The notes under the pieces: model-generated
Database searches by the model: none
Told to the model about the DNA's origin: nothing
The model's input: only the letters and a program-made list of their open reading frames with translations
Shown: positions 50,689-64,000 of the stretch, in pieces
How the letters are laid out: every line of letters starts with the position of its first letter
Numbering within the stretch: the first letter of the stretch is position 1
Translations under genes and position numbers: made by a program
Assembly: GCA_973895155.1 (NCBI GenBank)
Contig: OZ316897.1
Location: 3,690,211-3,754,210 of the forward strand
Length of the DNA: 64,000 nt
Origin: Marsupella aquatica
Lineage: Eukaryota > Plantae > Marchantiophyta
Reading direction: 5' to 3'

Positions 50689-53600
50689 ATGGTTTCCGGA
50701 GCAGGGAAGAAGGGTCGCCGAGGCTCTCCAAAGTTGCCTGAAGTCTATTCACCTGGGCCGCAACGAGATGTCAGTAGGCTATATGGGGATCTGTGGGCAA
50801 GCGGTGAAGACGATATGCTACCAGGGCAGCAAGGCTCCGAAGGTGTCAATGGAGGTAACATTGGTTTTACAGGAACGCAGGTTAATGGCGGGGCATCCCC
50901 TACTCCATTATCCTCGCCATTGTCACCATCGCCGAAGGTTGAAGACCTAGGATTCCAGCTGAAAGCGACTTCGTCGCCGAAGGTTGGGATGGAAATGGTA
51001 TCGATTCAGGGGACTAAAGACGCGCCTGGAGAGAACGGCAATGAATCCATTAAAAAAGATGACTCGGTGAAAAAGAAAAAGGAGGCGAATAGCGTTTCTT
51101 ACCTGAAGCTTTTCTGTTTTGCGTCGCCTTTCGACTGGCTGTTGATGCTTTTCGGGACGTTAGGGGCCTGCACGCATGGGGCTGCTGTCCCCGTCTTTTT
51201 CATCTACTTCGGACGATTGATTGATGCGTTTGGCTCGAATGTGAACCATCCCGAAAGAATGGCGTCTGACGTGCGGAAGGTGGGGATCTTCAGTCTTCCT
51301 TCCGCAGTATTTTTCTTGCAAGAGTTAGCCGGTTCGGTACTCGTACGGCTGAATAAATGGTCTTCATGTCAATCAGCTTAAAACGGGAATCAGGAGTGCA
51401 ATACTGAGTGACTCTCTATCCAAGCATTTTCTGCTGAAAGAGCTCGGCATGTCTCCTGCCGCGCCTTACTTTTCAGAAATATTTTGTGTGACATCACTGC
51501 CTGTTGAGAGGATGTCCCTATTGACTAAATTCCACAGCAGTAAAGGTTTCAGGGGTGGTCCTTCCAGTAGAACAAGGATGCTTTTAACAAATTTGCTACC
51601 CCGGAAAGGATTATCGTCTTGTTTCGTCACTCTACTGATTTCATCTACAATTTGATAAACCCTTACTGTAGATGCTGAAATGTCATATGATCATCAAATT
51701 CGAACCTCGTGAACATTCCATTCTGAACGTCCCGGTACGTGTGAGCTCACAGTGACGAGTCCTGTTTCTTGCAGTATGCGATGTACTTCTTCTACTTGGG
51801 CCTTGCGGTTATGTTGTCAGCCTGGTTTGGTGAGTTATTCCTGTTTCCCGCTTGAAGGACGTTGAATTTTGATCTGCTCTGTTTTGCGGAAACATCAGAG
51901 CACGAGTCTCTGTTGCTAAGCGGAACGGAAGAACGTTTCCGTGCGAACTGTGGTCCATAGGATGTGTTACGTGAGTGGAAAGATGTCTCTCCGAAGTCTA
52001 TAGTATAGAAATATATTGTTTTGGATGAAACCATTTTTACTTACAGTGTCGTCCGTCGGCATTCGCTGCAATCCTGCAGAGGTCTCTTGCTGGATGTGGA
52101 CTGGAGAAAGGCAGTCAGGGAAAATGAGGGCCAAGTATTTGAAGGCGATGCTCAGTCAAGATGTGGGCTTCTTCGACACTGACATTTCAACTGGCGAGAT
52201 TGTCAGCAGAATATCCAGCGATACCATTTTAGTTCAGGACGCCATCAGCGAGAAGGTGTACTCACGAACACGTCCAATTTATGAACCGTCTCGCTAATTT
52301 TGGTTCTGCCTGTTCTCGACACGCACTACCAGTATTTGATGAAGTCCTCTAGAACTCGGTACTGAGGGAGGACTGTGCGCTATGCATGGATAGAATTGCC
52401 AATGGCACGAGATACCCACCCTTCAAATTGTCCTCCTTGACTTCGTTATATGACTCAATTGCTTTCCTGTAATTTATCATGGCAAGCTAACGCTCTGTGA
52501 TGGCGTTCAGGCTGGTAATTACGCTCACTACATGGCTAGGTTCATCGCTGGATTCGCCATTGGCTTCGCCTCTGTGTGGCAGCTCACACTAGTCACAGTT
52601 GCTGTCGTGCCGCTGATTGCTCTTGCTGGTGGTGCTTACGCTGTTACGCTGATTGGCCTGACGAGCAAAAGTCAAGAGGCGTACACAAAGGCTGGGATAA
52701 TAGCCGAGCAGGTGCTGATTAATTAATTGCTTCGTCTTAGAAATGCCTTCATTATACGCTCGCCTGGTTCCGATCTATCATGAAAGGGCAAGAATTTCAT
52801 TCAAATTGCATCTTTCGTATACGGGCCTTATCGTGTTATGAGAAATTACCCAGCTAAGAGTTCTTCCAAAAGATTTTCAAATTTTCTCACTTCGTCTCAT
52901 GTATATTGCTCTTGGTAAATCCCTTTTTCTCTGCTCATTTTCTTCTGCTATGGTTCACAGGCTATAGCTCAAGTCCGAACTGTATATGCATTTGTGGGAG
53001 AGGCGAAAACACTGAAGGCGTACACGGATTCGCTTCAAGAAACCTTGGCATTGGGAAAGAAGGCAGGCTTGGCAAAGGGCTTGGGTGTGGGTTGTACCTA
53101 TGGGCTGCTCTTTGGTGCGTGGGCCCTTCTGCTATGGTATGCAAGCACTCTTGTTATGTCGGGGGTGACCAATGGAGGCCAAGCATTCACCACCATTCTG
53201 AACGTCATCATCGCCGGAATGTATGTCTCACACCCATCATTTTCTGTGGCGTTGTTGGTCTCATGTGGGGATTTAAATTATCATTATTCTCTTTGTATTT
53301 TCATCTCCGACTCATTTTTATGGACGTTGGGTGCTAGCTCAGTATAGAGTGAGAACAATGGCACGCCGCTTCATATGTTTACCAGCTCAACATTCCGAAA
53401 TGATTGGTGTCATAAAAGATTGGAGCTCTGTGGATTTTGAGCACTTCGTCATTAGTAGAATTGTCGATTCCTGATATAACATCGTAATTGGATCAGTGCT
53501 CTCGGACAAGCTGCACCAAACCTGACTACTTTTGGGAAGGGCAAGGCTGCTGGCTACAATATTCTAGAAATGATTAAACGGCAATCCAACGTCAATGCCA

Positions 53601-56600
53601 ATCTCCTCGACGGGAAGACTCTTCCCAATGTTAAGGGTAACATTGAGTTACGGGACGTCACTTTCAGCTACCCTTCTCGCCCTGCCGAGATGATCTTCCA
53701 AAACTTCAATCTTACCATCCCTGCGGGGAAAACTATGGCAATTGTTGGAAGCAGCGGATCAGGCAAGAGTACGGTCATTGCTCTCATTGAGAGATTCTAC
53801 GATCCTCTTTCGGGTGAGGGACCCAATAATTGCTACTGTCGTCCATAATTTACCTCATGCATTCTGCGCTCACTTTACATCTTCCAAAATGGTCTGGCTC
53901 TCCCTTGAATTTCCTTGTGTAGTTCCTGCTTCCACGTGCGACTGATTGGGATTTCTGCCTTTCTGGCGGTGCAGGTGCTGTATATCTCGATGAAGAGGAC
54001 ATCAAATTTCTGCGACTCAAATGGCTAAGAGAGCAACTTGGTTTGGTGAATCAGGAGCCGGCTCTTTTTGCAACCACTATCCTGAATAACATACTCTATG
54101 GTAAAGATGGAGCTACCTTTGAGGAGGTGGAAGACGCTGCGAGAGCTGCAAACGCACACAGCTTTATCCAGGCCTTGCCGAATAAATACGAAACACAAGT
54201 ATGTTTTTCTGCTATCACAGTTCTTCCTCTTGAAGAAAGTTGTCTATCAGTCCTTGATCAAATGTGTCAAGTAAAGCAAGGCATATGAATGATCTAGTTT
54301 CGGAAATAGCAGAAAATGGAAGTTCGTGTCACCTGCTTTCTCGGTTCATTCCAAGTTTCAGGGATGGGGTTAAGTTGACTAGCTGGGGAGTCGTAGGACA
54401 GTTGTCATTTGTGGGCAATGCTATGCTTGTCAAAACAGTTATGGATTGTGTTCTTCAGTCAAGATAGTTTATGAGAGCCTTCCTCACAACTGGTTGTGTA
54501 TCATTTCGGGCAGGTCGGTGAGCGAGGAGTACAAATGTCAGGGGGTCAAAAGCAACGGATTGCTATAGCAAGGGCAATGCTGAAAAACCCTTCCATCCTT
54601 CTCCTTGACGAAGCTACGAGTGCACTAGATGCTAGTTCAGAACAGATAGTGCAAGAAGCGCTGGACTCTCTCATGGTTGGCAGGACTACAGTCATTGTAG
54701 CCCACCGACTCTCAACAATTAGAAATGCAGACATGATTGCTGTGGTACAGCAAGGCAAAGTAGTTGAAACCGGCACACACGATGAACTCATGTCCAACGA
54801 GGGAGGGGCATTTGCCCATCTTTTGAAGTTTCAGGAGTCATCCAAGCAAAAGCCCAAACACAGCAGACACAGCAGCTACGAGACGGCATCCCCGGACGCC
54901 AGCTGGAGGTAAATTTCAACCAAGTTTGAGTTTCTCTCTCTCATGCTCAAAAGTCCCTTTCGATTTCCTGGTAGTTTCTCGAACTGACTCTAGTCGTCGG
55001 ACTTTTGCATGGAGTGATTATTGTATCGGGGCATGGATTCTATTGTCAGGTATCTGCATCGAATTCGTGTTCAGTGAACGATTTGATTTTCTAATGTGCC
55101 CTTAAGCAAGTTCGGCTACTGACTTCCAATTATTAAAGCCCGCGATTTCCAACGATTCTCTCGAAGCCGGAACTGCGATTGATTGATATAAACTCCGTGA
55201 AGTCCAACATGACCAGCTTGAACGTCGTGTGCCTGCAGGCATTCTAATACCTCGCCAAATCTCTCGAAAAAATGGACCAAATGGAGCTTTAGCAAAGGAG
55301 CTCGAAGTGGAACCGATACAGAGTCCGATGCTGGTCATGGAGATGAGTTTGAAGAGTTGAATGCTCCCAATTTCACAGCAGAGAAGCCGTCCCTCTGGCG
55401 GCTGTTCAAACTGAATTCTCCTGAATGGCGTTATGCCGTTGTTGGTAGTGTGGGAGCTATCCTGGCTGGAGTTGAGACCCCACTCTTTGCTCTCGCCATC
55501 AGCCAAATGCTGATTACGTTCTACAACCCTGACCAAAATTACATCAAGCGGGAAGTTCGGACCATCTGCACTATCTTCAGCGGAGCAACAGTAGTTACAG
55601 TTGGCATCTACGTTCTTCAGCATTACTTCTACGGAGTCATGGGAGAGCACCTGACGATGCGCGTGAGAGAACTGATGTTAAAAGGTAACCGTCACTTTAC
55701 TGCCTATAAAACCTTCAGAAAGCATTTTCCTGGGGATGTACTTATTTCTCGTAGTGCTTCTGCCGTTAATTCAAGGTTTGGGCTCGATAGATGTTTCTTA
55801 TTTCTTGTACAAACTGTGCCTCCATTTAATGGAGATCTCACTCCGCAAACCTGCTTTGGATGTAACATTTTGCAGCTATACTTCGCTTTGAGGTTGGGTG
55901 GTTTGACTATGACGAGAACAACAGCAGTTTGGTGGCCTCACGTCTTGCAGCTGATGCTACTCTAGTCAGGGCAGCAGTTGGGGATCGGGTTTCCACGATA
56001 ATGCAAAATGGAGCCCTCACACTCACTGCGTTTGTGATAGCTTTCATCCTCCAGTGGAAAGTGACTTTGGTTATCTTGGCCACGTTTCCATTGCTAATCG
56101 GTGCGGCCATTGCAGAGGTGAGCTCTCCGAACTCCTCAAGAGTTTTCTCTTTTTGTTTCCCTTCTTTAAACCCCGTATTTCATAGTCATAAACGGCAAGG
56201 CTCTTCTCAGCTTGGGAAAATCACAATTAAATGGAATGTTGACAGATCACGGGCTATGTATGGTGCTACCGCATGACCGCACGCTATTACTTGTGTCTTC
56301 TATCTAAATAACAAATCTTCTTTGCATTGTAGCAACTATTTTTGAAAGGGTTCGGTGGAGATCTGCAAAATTCCTATGCAAGGGCGAGCATGGTTGCTGG
56401 AGAGGCTGTGGGCAACATTCGAACGGTGGCAGCATTTTGTGCCGAGGATAAGGTTCTCGGTCTCTTCCGGTATGAACTGTTAAAGCCAGCGAGGTCAGCT
56501 ATTGTGCGAGGACAGGTCTCGGGGCTAGGATATGGTTTTTCCCAGTGTTGCATGTACAGCTCGTACGGCATTGCTCTATGGTATTCATCTACTTTGGTGA

Positions 56601-57586
56601 AGAAAGGTGACGCCAATTTCGGCGATGTCATGAAAACTTTCATGGTCCTCATCATGACTGCCTTCGGGGTGGCTGAAACGCTGGCCCTTGCCCCTGACAT
56701 TATCAAAGGTTCAGCAGCAGTGGGTGCGGTTTTCGATGTACTGGACCGCCAGACTGCAATCGACCCTGACGACCCATTAGCAGATGAGGTAGTGCATATA
56801 AGAGGCGATATAGAACTCAAGCATGTAGACTTTTGCTATCCGTCGAGACCTGACATTCAAATTTTCAAAGACTTCCGCCTGAGGGTACGGTCAGGGCAGA
56901 GTTTGGCATTAGTGGGGGCAAGTGGGTCAGGGAAGAGCTCCATCATATCCTTAATCGCTAGATTCTATGACCCCTTGGATGGAAAGGTTCTTATTGATAA
57001 AGTGGACATCCGGAAGCTCAAACTTCGATCACTTAGAAAACATATCGGGCTGGTGCAACAGGAGCCAGCATTATTTGCAACCACAATTTACGAGAATATT
57101 TTGTACGGTAAGGAAAACGCATCAGAGGCGGAAGTGATTGAGGCGGCTAAAGCAGCAAACGCTCATGCTTTTGTTAGTAGCCTTCCTGATGGCTACCATA
57201 CAGACGTCGGGGAAAGAGGGACCCAACTTTCAGGAGGGCAAAAGCAAAGGGTTGCCATCGCTCGGGCCGTTTTGAAGAATCCGTCAATCTTGCTTCTAGA
57301 CGAGGCAACAAGTGCTCTGGATGCCCAATCCGAAAAAATCGTCCAAGAAGCTTTAGATCGACTGATGCGTGGGCGCACGACTGTAATGATCGCCCATCGG
57401 CTGTCGACCATCAAGAACGCTGATACCATTGCCGTGGTGGATGGAGGCCACATTGTTGAACTAGGAAATCATGACTACCTCATTCAGAAATCTGACAGCT
57501 TTTACGCTAAGCTTATAAGCTTGCAACAAAACACCGAAGACTTCAGTGACGCTCGAGAGACACTCGAGAGGGTCGAGAGGCAATAG
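50689..57586 (+). CDS. ABCB: Full-size ABC transporter subfamily B (P-glycoprotein/MDR; ABCB1/19-like), 1386 aa
   Basis: Exons 50689-51279, 51775-51829, 52080-52255, 52511-52711, 52961-53220, 53497-53813, 53975-54198, 54514-54908, 55239-55684, 55876-56117 and 56333-57586 (4161 nt, all GT-AG). TMD-NBD-TMD-NBD layout with Walker [10 protein letters not shown] and GASGSGKSS, signatures MSGGQKQR and LSGGQKQR, and [11 protein letters not shown] twice. Confidence 0.96.
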
Positions 57587-60500
57587 GTGTTGCAGGTAAA
57601 TTGCGCAGATCGCCAATTTACTCTGCAGACTGCCTTCAGCTTTGTTTAAAAAGTTTTTCTGACTGGAGCTGACGACTCTGCTACGGATGGTAGGGGCTGT
57701 TGGATGGCCCATGGAGTTTTACGACTACCATCAGGGGACTGAGAGTTGTGGCTACTGGCTCCGTTGTATTGGTCAGGCAACCGGCATCAAGTACGCAGAA
57801 CTTAAAGCACTGGGTCAGTTGCACTATTCCTTAGGGCCAAGGGTCGAGGAACACCTGTCAATTCAGAGAGAACAAATGTTTGATTGGAGGACATTTTACC
57901 TCCACGGCCACCTTCAAGTTTCGGATACATGTTCGTTCTGTGGAAGAAGCTCTGGCACGTCACTCGAATGCTATAAGGAGGCAAGCTAAGTGAGTCTAGC
58001 ACTGCTAAAAGCCCAGAATGACGAGTGCTCTCCGAACTTACGAAACTGATCTCCCAATCATGCAAGGGTAAAGTTTCTGGCTTATTTTCAGCTCAATTAC
58101 AGTTTAGTAAGAGCAGTCCCTCCAACCGGCTAGATATCTATCCATCCACACTTGGATTGGTAAAGAGGAATTTCCGTGAAATCCTTTACATATCATATCT
58201 GTACATGATGGAGCATGAGAAGGAAATTACTGTAATAGAACTTGCAATGATAGCATTGGGTTACTATTCAATAAGACTTTGTTATAGGATTTAACGCTTC
58301 CAGTTCTCCGCATGAGAGCAGATGGCCCCACCAATGATAACGGGCTCTGGAACTCACCAAATGCAGAGAGCATAGAATCACACAATTCAACCATTGTTAC
58401 TGTATCTCACTTACTCGATTTGTAAATTTCCTAGAGCCCAGAAATACGGGGCTCTTGACCAGTTCACGCCATTTATATACCCAGAATCTGGCCCATGTTC
58501 AATCAAGTGCCACTTTCCATATATAATTTTCTGTGCATTCAATGTGTGTATGTCTGCTGTTCCTGATTTGTCATTCCTATTCCGCTTCCGTTTGTACCAT
58601 GGTAGCTGCGAATCTTGACTCCGCAAGCGTGTGGGGCACATATGTACTACTGCATAGTCGGAGGATGACTGCAGATCCCCATCTGGAATCCAGGTTATGA
58701 GGTCTGTAACGTAGTTTGATGTGGACAAATACCCAGAACAGAGGAGGATTGTGACCATGGTTATTCTAGCCTTCTTAGTTTATAAGAACGACTGATGGTG
58801 ACATCAGCCTAGGTAATGGCCCTTTGAAACTTGACACGTTTGGTCAGAGATCTGAATTCGTGCACTCGCTTGGTTTATACTTTTCTACAAGGCACAAGGG
58901 AAGACCTGAGTAGGCATCAAAATGCCATCCAGGACGGTGTCAGTAATAAGGTTTGATTGTAGACAACCTCTACCTCTTATGCGATTATCTTTATGAACTG
59001 TCAATTGAGCTGCGTACCAACTTTCTGGCACCACCACTCCTCTTCCATCGACAGACCAAGCCTGCCTTCAATACAGGGAAACACTAATCTGAATTTTGTT
59101 GAGGTCGTTTCTTCTACTTCACTTAGTCATCATGCATCCAATGAAGGAAGCGTTGAGACTCTTGTCGGGAAATTAATTAAACACGAGTAGGATTTTCGGT
59201 GTCAATTTTGCAACCGTGAACTGTACAATAATTATTACTCTGCTGCTCCAAGACGCGTACAGACATGAACTCTCCCGCCACATGATAGCAATTCTCCCCA
59301 TGCCATACGTCCTCACTTGGAACAAAGGACGGCAATTATTGTCATCTATGGCGGGAGATATTCGAACTTTGCAGCAATGACATATCCGGAAGTTGCCAAT
59401 CCCGGCTGAGTCCACCATTATTATCGCTCGAATTCAGGGTGAGTTAACATTGAAACGTAGCTTCAGCGACTCATGTGTACTCATGTTTAGAGTACAGGCT
59501 CAAACTGCAAGGTCTCCCGAAGGTGCTTCGAATCACCCTATAAGTCATCTAGAGTTGCGAACAAGATAACTTCCTGGTCGAGAGAAGACCCCCTTAGGTG
59601 CTTCAGCCTAAGTCACCAAGAGTTCCAAATAAGACAAGTTCCTGATGGAGAGAGCTAGTTCACGCTGTGAGAGGGCTATTTGTCAACTCACCCTCAGATT
59701 CGTGATTTAGCTCTGTGAGGGGTCTTTTTACGGTCTGTGAGGGATGATTTTAAGCTTAATCAATTTTTGGGCTGTCACCGTCTTCGACCCACTTCAATGG
59801 CGTAGAGTTTGACTTTCTGTAAACCCTGAGTAACTCAGCATACTGCTTTCTGGGAATGGAATGTGCAAATGACGATTCCTAATCCAACGCAGTCTTCATT
59901 TCGGAAAGGAGCTTGCGGGTATCACTCTTCCTGTTATTTGGTGGGGGGGGGGGAGCGAAGACTGATCAGACAGATCCAGATCGTGATCGGTTGAGGCGTG
60001 CTTCTGAGTTCTAAGCTTAGGACTTTTCAGATCGATACAGGCGGTGATGATCAGGATAATCGATCCGTCCTTCGGACCATTTTTCTTCCGGCAACCGAGT
60101 GAATGGAGAACAAGAGACTTTCGGGTTTGGAAGCATTGGAGATACCACATCTTAGCGCAGATTTCGTTGACGGCGAATCTGTCTCATCGGAGGTTTATTG
60201 CGGAGGTAATCGTGAATGATTATCCTCTAGCTTTGAGCCTGCTCTGGGCTGTTGTCTTGAGCTTCTCGTGCCTCCAACCATCAGAATGTGGAACAGTCAT
60301 TTTCGTGGGGAGAGAGATACACCGGGTCGCAATCCCTCATTTCCATTTGACCAGCTGAAAATCTGGAATGAATGTCCAGGATAAAGAGCCGGAGTAGGAG
60401 GAATGAAAACCGTGGTCCAGGGAAAGAAATTGAAACGTCGCTCTTGTATTTCTTCCTTCTCTGTTTCTAAATTCAACCCTTCGTTCATTCCGTGTGTTCA

Positions 60501-61432
60501 TTTTGTTTCAGTTCTGCCTCTCACGCAATCTGAGTTCTCTTCCTTTGCTCGAATTGAGGATATCATTATGCTTACTTAAAAATCAACTCATTCTCTTTAA
60601 TGGACTTTCTTTCGAGGCACAAAGCGCATTCTTTCGATCCTTTCTCGCTGTGGACTTTGCACACATTTATTCTTTAAATGCAAAATGATTTGTCATTATA
60701 TTGTTGGACCCATCACTCTTTTGACTCTACATTCTGATCACTTTTGAATTCGTAATTTTATAGCGGACGGAGAGCAAAATTGGGCCTGGGGATCAGTCTA
60801 TAAGAACGGGTCGAAATCAAACATCATGATCGAATTGAAATTCATCTAGAGAATAAACTTAGTTCCTTGTTGACGAGGATCCAATCAGAGAATGGGACCT
60901 ACACGAAGCAATGGATGAACTCTGACGCCACCGCGACAAAGAATGTGAACGTAAAGTTGAAGATCAGAGACAAGAACATACACAACAAGTTGAAAGTCAA
61001 TTGAGATAGTTGCTTTGAGAATCAACATCAGATATTATGGAGGGGAGTGGAATTTAGAAGCTTAGAAGGAACACGTTTTGTCCCGATCTCCAGTGTGGTT
61101 TTCTGGGAGTGGGAACGAATCACTTGTTAAAGTACATTGATGCCGACGTAGGTATGTGACAAATGATGGCATCCAACCAAATCCAGAACCCAAGAGCGAT
61201 GAATAACGACGGCTAGCAACGAAGAAATAATTGTGACAGAATTTGCACCTTTGATCGGATGAGGTAGACAAAAAGGGGAGAGTTAATCGAGAAATATAGA
61301 CGGAATGAGGGAATGAATGGAAAGTTGTAAATTCCACAGATTTACTATCAAGCGAAGCTGGACCACTTCCAAAGGTTGATCGCGGCGAAGGATCGGGAGG
61401 TGATAGACATCAGGCCAACCAGTATCTCCAGT

Positions 61433-62749
61433 ATGTCGACATTCAGTAAGATCCCAATCAACTGGTATTTCTCAACCTTTGACCTGATTGCGGAGATGCA
61501 TAAAAACCCCAACAACAGTCCGGGACGATCGTTAGCATCAGGCCTACATAGGCTAGGCTTAGGCACATTCATCCAGGACGCATGGAAGTGGCAGCATGAG
61601 GCTCTGTGCGAGGACTTCGTTCGGAATTTCAACCATGCCAAAATGAGCACCACGGCCTTTGGCACAGAGGTAGATCTCAGCTTGGGCACTTTTGTGAACG
61701 TCACTGGATTATCATCCGATGACGGAGACGAGTTGTATCCAGGGGAGGAACCTTGCCTTGAGGCCTTCGCACCTTCATGGAAGAAATTCTTTGCCAGTGA
61801 CGCTTATGATGCTCGCTCTCAGGGCTTTGTTCTCAGCAAATGCAAAGACAGTAGTGTCAGAGTGTTGATTGAGCTCCTGAATGATACAGCTTGGATGAGG
61901 AGACTGCCGAGGAAGTACAAACATGTACCTAAGGATTTAGTCTACCTCATGTGCCATTGTGTGGAGAGGAAGAAAAGGGTGAACTGGGGGACGACGATCC
62001 ACAAGAAGTTTGTGGACGAGTTGAACAGGCTGTACATAATTATATCATCCAATACGATGGCGAAGCCCACCACCCGTGCCGGCCCTCTCATGTGCTTCCT
62101 TTTCGCTAAATTCATGGATCCTGTTCGGAACCACAACGAAGGCTCCATTGATGATCTCTCCGATCCTCTGACCTGGGAGCATCCTGCCAATTTACAAGAG
62201 AAAATGTTCAGAGAGTCATCGGAGCTTCTGGCAGACGATCCTTTGGGGGAAGAGAAATGGGACGAGGAGAGAGAGAGTAGGTCGTCGTGGGAGGAGGTAG
62301 GCATTAGCTCGGAAGCGGGATCAAATAATACCGGAGCCAACGCGCCAGAGGGTGGGCGGAAAGGTTCATTCTCTACTTCAATGGATGACATAATGAAACT
62401 AGTGGAGTCGAGTTCCCCGGGGAGTAAGGAGGGCTCCACATTCGCTGAGCTGTACAGGGAAGAGCAGAAGCATGCAGAGGAATGCTTGAACGCAAAGTTG
62501 GCAGCCGAAAGAACTGTCGAGTCTTTGAGAGCAGAGCTAAAAGAACTCAAAAGAAAGCAGCAGCAACAAACTAGCACTGTTGCATCCGTAGAAGTGCAAT
62601 TTGCGAAGCATCAAGTGATTGTCTTGCGGCAGAGATTAGAGAAGTGTATTTTGGAAAGGGACCAGGCCAGGGCGGAGAACACGCGCCTCAAGATGCAGCT
62701 CAAACAGACATTGGTTATGAAGCACCGTAATCCACAGCAGCACCTTTGA
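61433..62749 (+). CDS. Single-exon protein (438 aa from first ATG): plant-transposon-like N-terminal domain, acidic/Ser-rich linker, C-terminal coiled coil
   Basis: Uninterrupted ORF 61376-62749. Motifs LCEDFVRNF...FGTEVDLSLGTFVNVTGL and KRVNWGTTIHKKFVDEL resemble TE accessory proteins of the Transposase_32/plant-mobile type (recognised by eye). C-terminus VESLRAELKELKRKQ...ARAENTRLKMQLKQ. Possible leader intron ~60206-60762. Confidence 0.7.
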   Translation: MSTFSKIPINWYFSTFDLIAEMHKNPNNSPGRSLASGLHRLGLGTFIQDAWKWQHEALCEDFVRNFNHAKMSTTAFGTEVDLSLGTFVNVTGLSSDDGDELYPGEEPCLEAFAPSWKKFFASDAYDARSQGFVLSKCKDSSVRVLIELLNDTAWMRRLPRKYKHVPKDLVYLMCHCVERKKRVNWGTTIHKKFVDELNRLYIIISSNTMAKPTTRAGPLMCFLFAKFMDPVRNHNEGSIDDLSDPLTWEHPANLQEKMFRESSELLADDPLGEEKWDEERESRSSWEEVGISSEAGSNNTGANAPEGGRKGSFSTSMDDIMKLVESSSPGSKEGSTFAELYREEQKHAEECLNAKLAAERTVESLRAELKELKRKQQQQTSTVASVEVQFAKHQVIVLRQRLEKCILERDQARAENTRLKMQLKQTLVMKHRNPQQHL

Positions 62750-64000
62750 CACTCCATATCTGAACCGATTGAAAAAGATATCACTGTGTTCCAAGTCACT
62801 GGTACTCGATGCTACTGACTAGCAGATCCACTACAGCCATCTCGCTACCCAGATGGTGATTCTGCTCGACAACCCAAAGGCATTGAATTCCCTGAGAGCC
62901 TCCGTTTCTTACCTTTAGTAATAAACTTGGGGGAATTCCTAAAGTTTCATGTGCAGCAAAGAAATCAAGAATTGGAACATTGAGAACCCATGTCTTGCCT
63001 TTGATGCATGCTATCACAGTGGATACACGAGGGGCGATTCATGCCTCGCATTTTACAGCCTTGAAAATTTCCAGTTCGAAGAACAAGTGGCTCTAATGCT
63101 ACAAGGAACAAATGAAACTTGAGGTTTTTGTATTTGTCCACCTATTCTTACCTTACTAGCTTAGGAGGCATTCAAAATGAGTGACATTACGACGACTGCG
63201 CTTGCCAGTTGTGGGGTAGTAGGTTCTCGTGCACTCAAAACTTGGATACCAGTTACCCTGTGGCAGTTTCATCAGAAACATTTTTGAGGAGAGTTTAGGA
63301 ATGACATTTTCTGAATCTTCAATCCATTGATAATCGGAAAACTGATTGTGGGGAGGCTCCTTCCTTCTTGCCTACAACTGTGTCTGATTGACGAAGCTGA
63401 CATACCTTGCTTCCTTTTATATGAACGGCGACAACGGAAAGAACATTATCGGAGATAACGGACAGACAAGACTGACTGGTGGAGACAAATTTGTTTGTCA
63501 CGTAATGTACATCTCAGCTAGTCCCCTGATAGACATCAATGATGAATGCTCACGAATCGAAACGTTTCATGACGAAGCTCTCCTGCCAAATACAGTGCGG
63601 CTTCTCTCGTCTCCGCACGAGAAGCTTTGCGAGCATGTTGATAGACAAAGCTCTTCTTTTCTTTACAGTACTCACCACTGAACCATTTAAAGAAACTGAT
63701 CATAGCTTTCTGCAGCTTGCAACCCAGCTTTCAATTCATATTTTCTTTCATCCTGGTAGAGCTAGTCTCCGGACCACTCATTGGGTAAAATGCATTTCTC
63801 TGTATAGGAGGTGAAAGGAAAGATGCTGATCTTCATTACTTCACGATTGCTTCTGCAAAGTGACACCTGCACCACCCCAAAATCCCTTTACAACAACCCC
63901 AAAGTAGACTCAATGGTTCTCTTGCTGAAGTAATTCTATCGATGGTTTAGACTGGCAGAATCGAGGCCAAAATACCTGCCTGGAAAAACGACGTGAGATA

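Noticed and set aside
58950-59420. Possible F-box/kelch-like pseudogene fragment on the minus strand (W.LP.M, LLSCGGRVHV)
   Set aside because: The motifs are too short and sit in different broken frames to support a call.
54546-62577. Minus-strand ORFs opposite ABCB and the 61.4-kb ORF (54546-54797, 55102-55650, 56374-56820, 61942-62577); also plus-strand ORFs 23427-23846 and 25779-26102
   Set aside because: They are antisense shadows of real coding exons.

Overview
Eukaryotic land-plant nuclear DNA, probably a liverwort (Marchantia/Riccia-like). The organism is inferred from gene content, long intron-containing leaders and the TE landscape, not verified. Gene islands alternate with repeat/TE islands. 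Four spliced genes can be reconstructed with consistent phases: thylakoid-lumen pentapeptide-repeat protein TL17 (9066-11661 +), ribosomal protein S21 (19734-20316 +), an unrecognised 326-aa plastid/lumen-targeted LEA-like protein with an ABRE+RY promoter (23026-27037 -), and a full-size ABCB/P-glycoprotein transporter (50689-57586 +, 11 exons, 1386 aa). An intact single-exon ORF with a TE-like N-terminal domain and a coiled coil lies at 61433-62749 (+). Mobile DNA includes a decayed PIF/Harbinger transposase split by a 2.24-kb TGTC...GACA element (4-bp TSD, gag-like ORF), an L1 LINE RT fragment, a tRNA-derived SINE-like head, a MITE-like foldback and many tandem repeats and duplications. About 1.4-7.5 kb looks transcribed but has no recognisable CDS, and 36-41.6 kb may be a decayed gene. 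No CRISPR array, rRNA or intact tRNA was seen.
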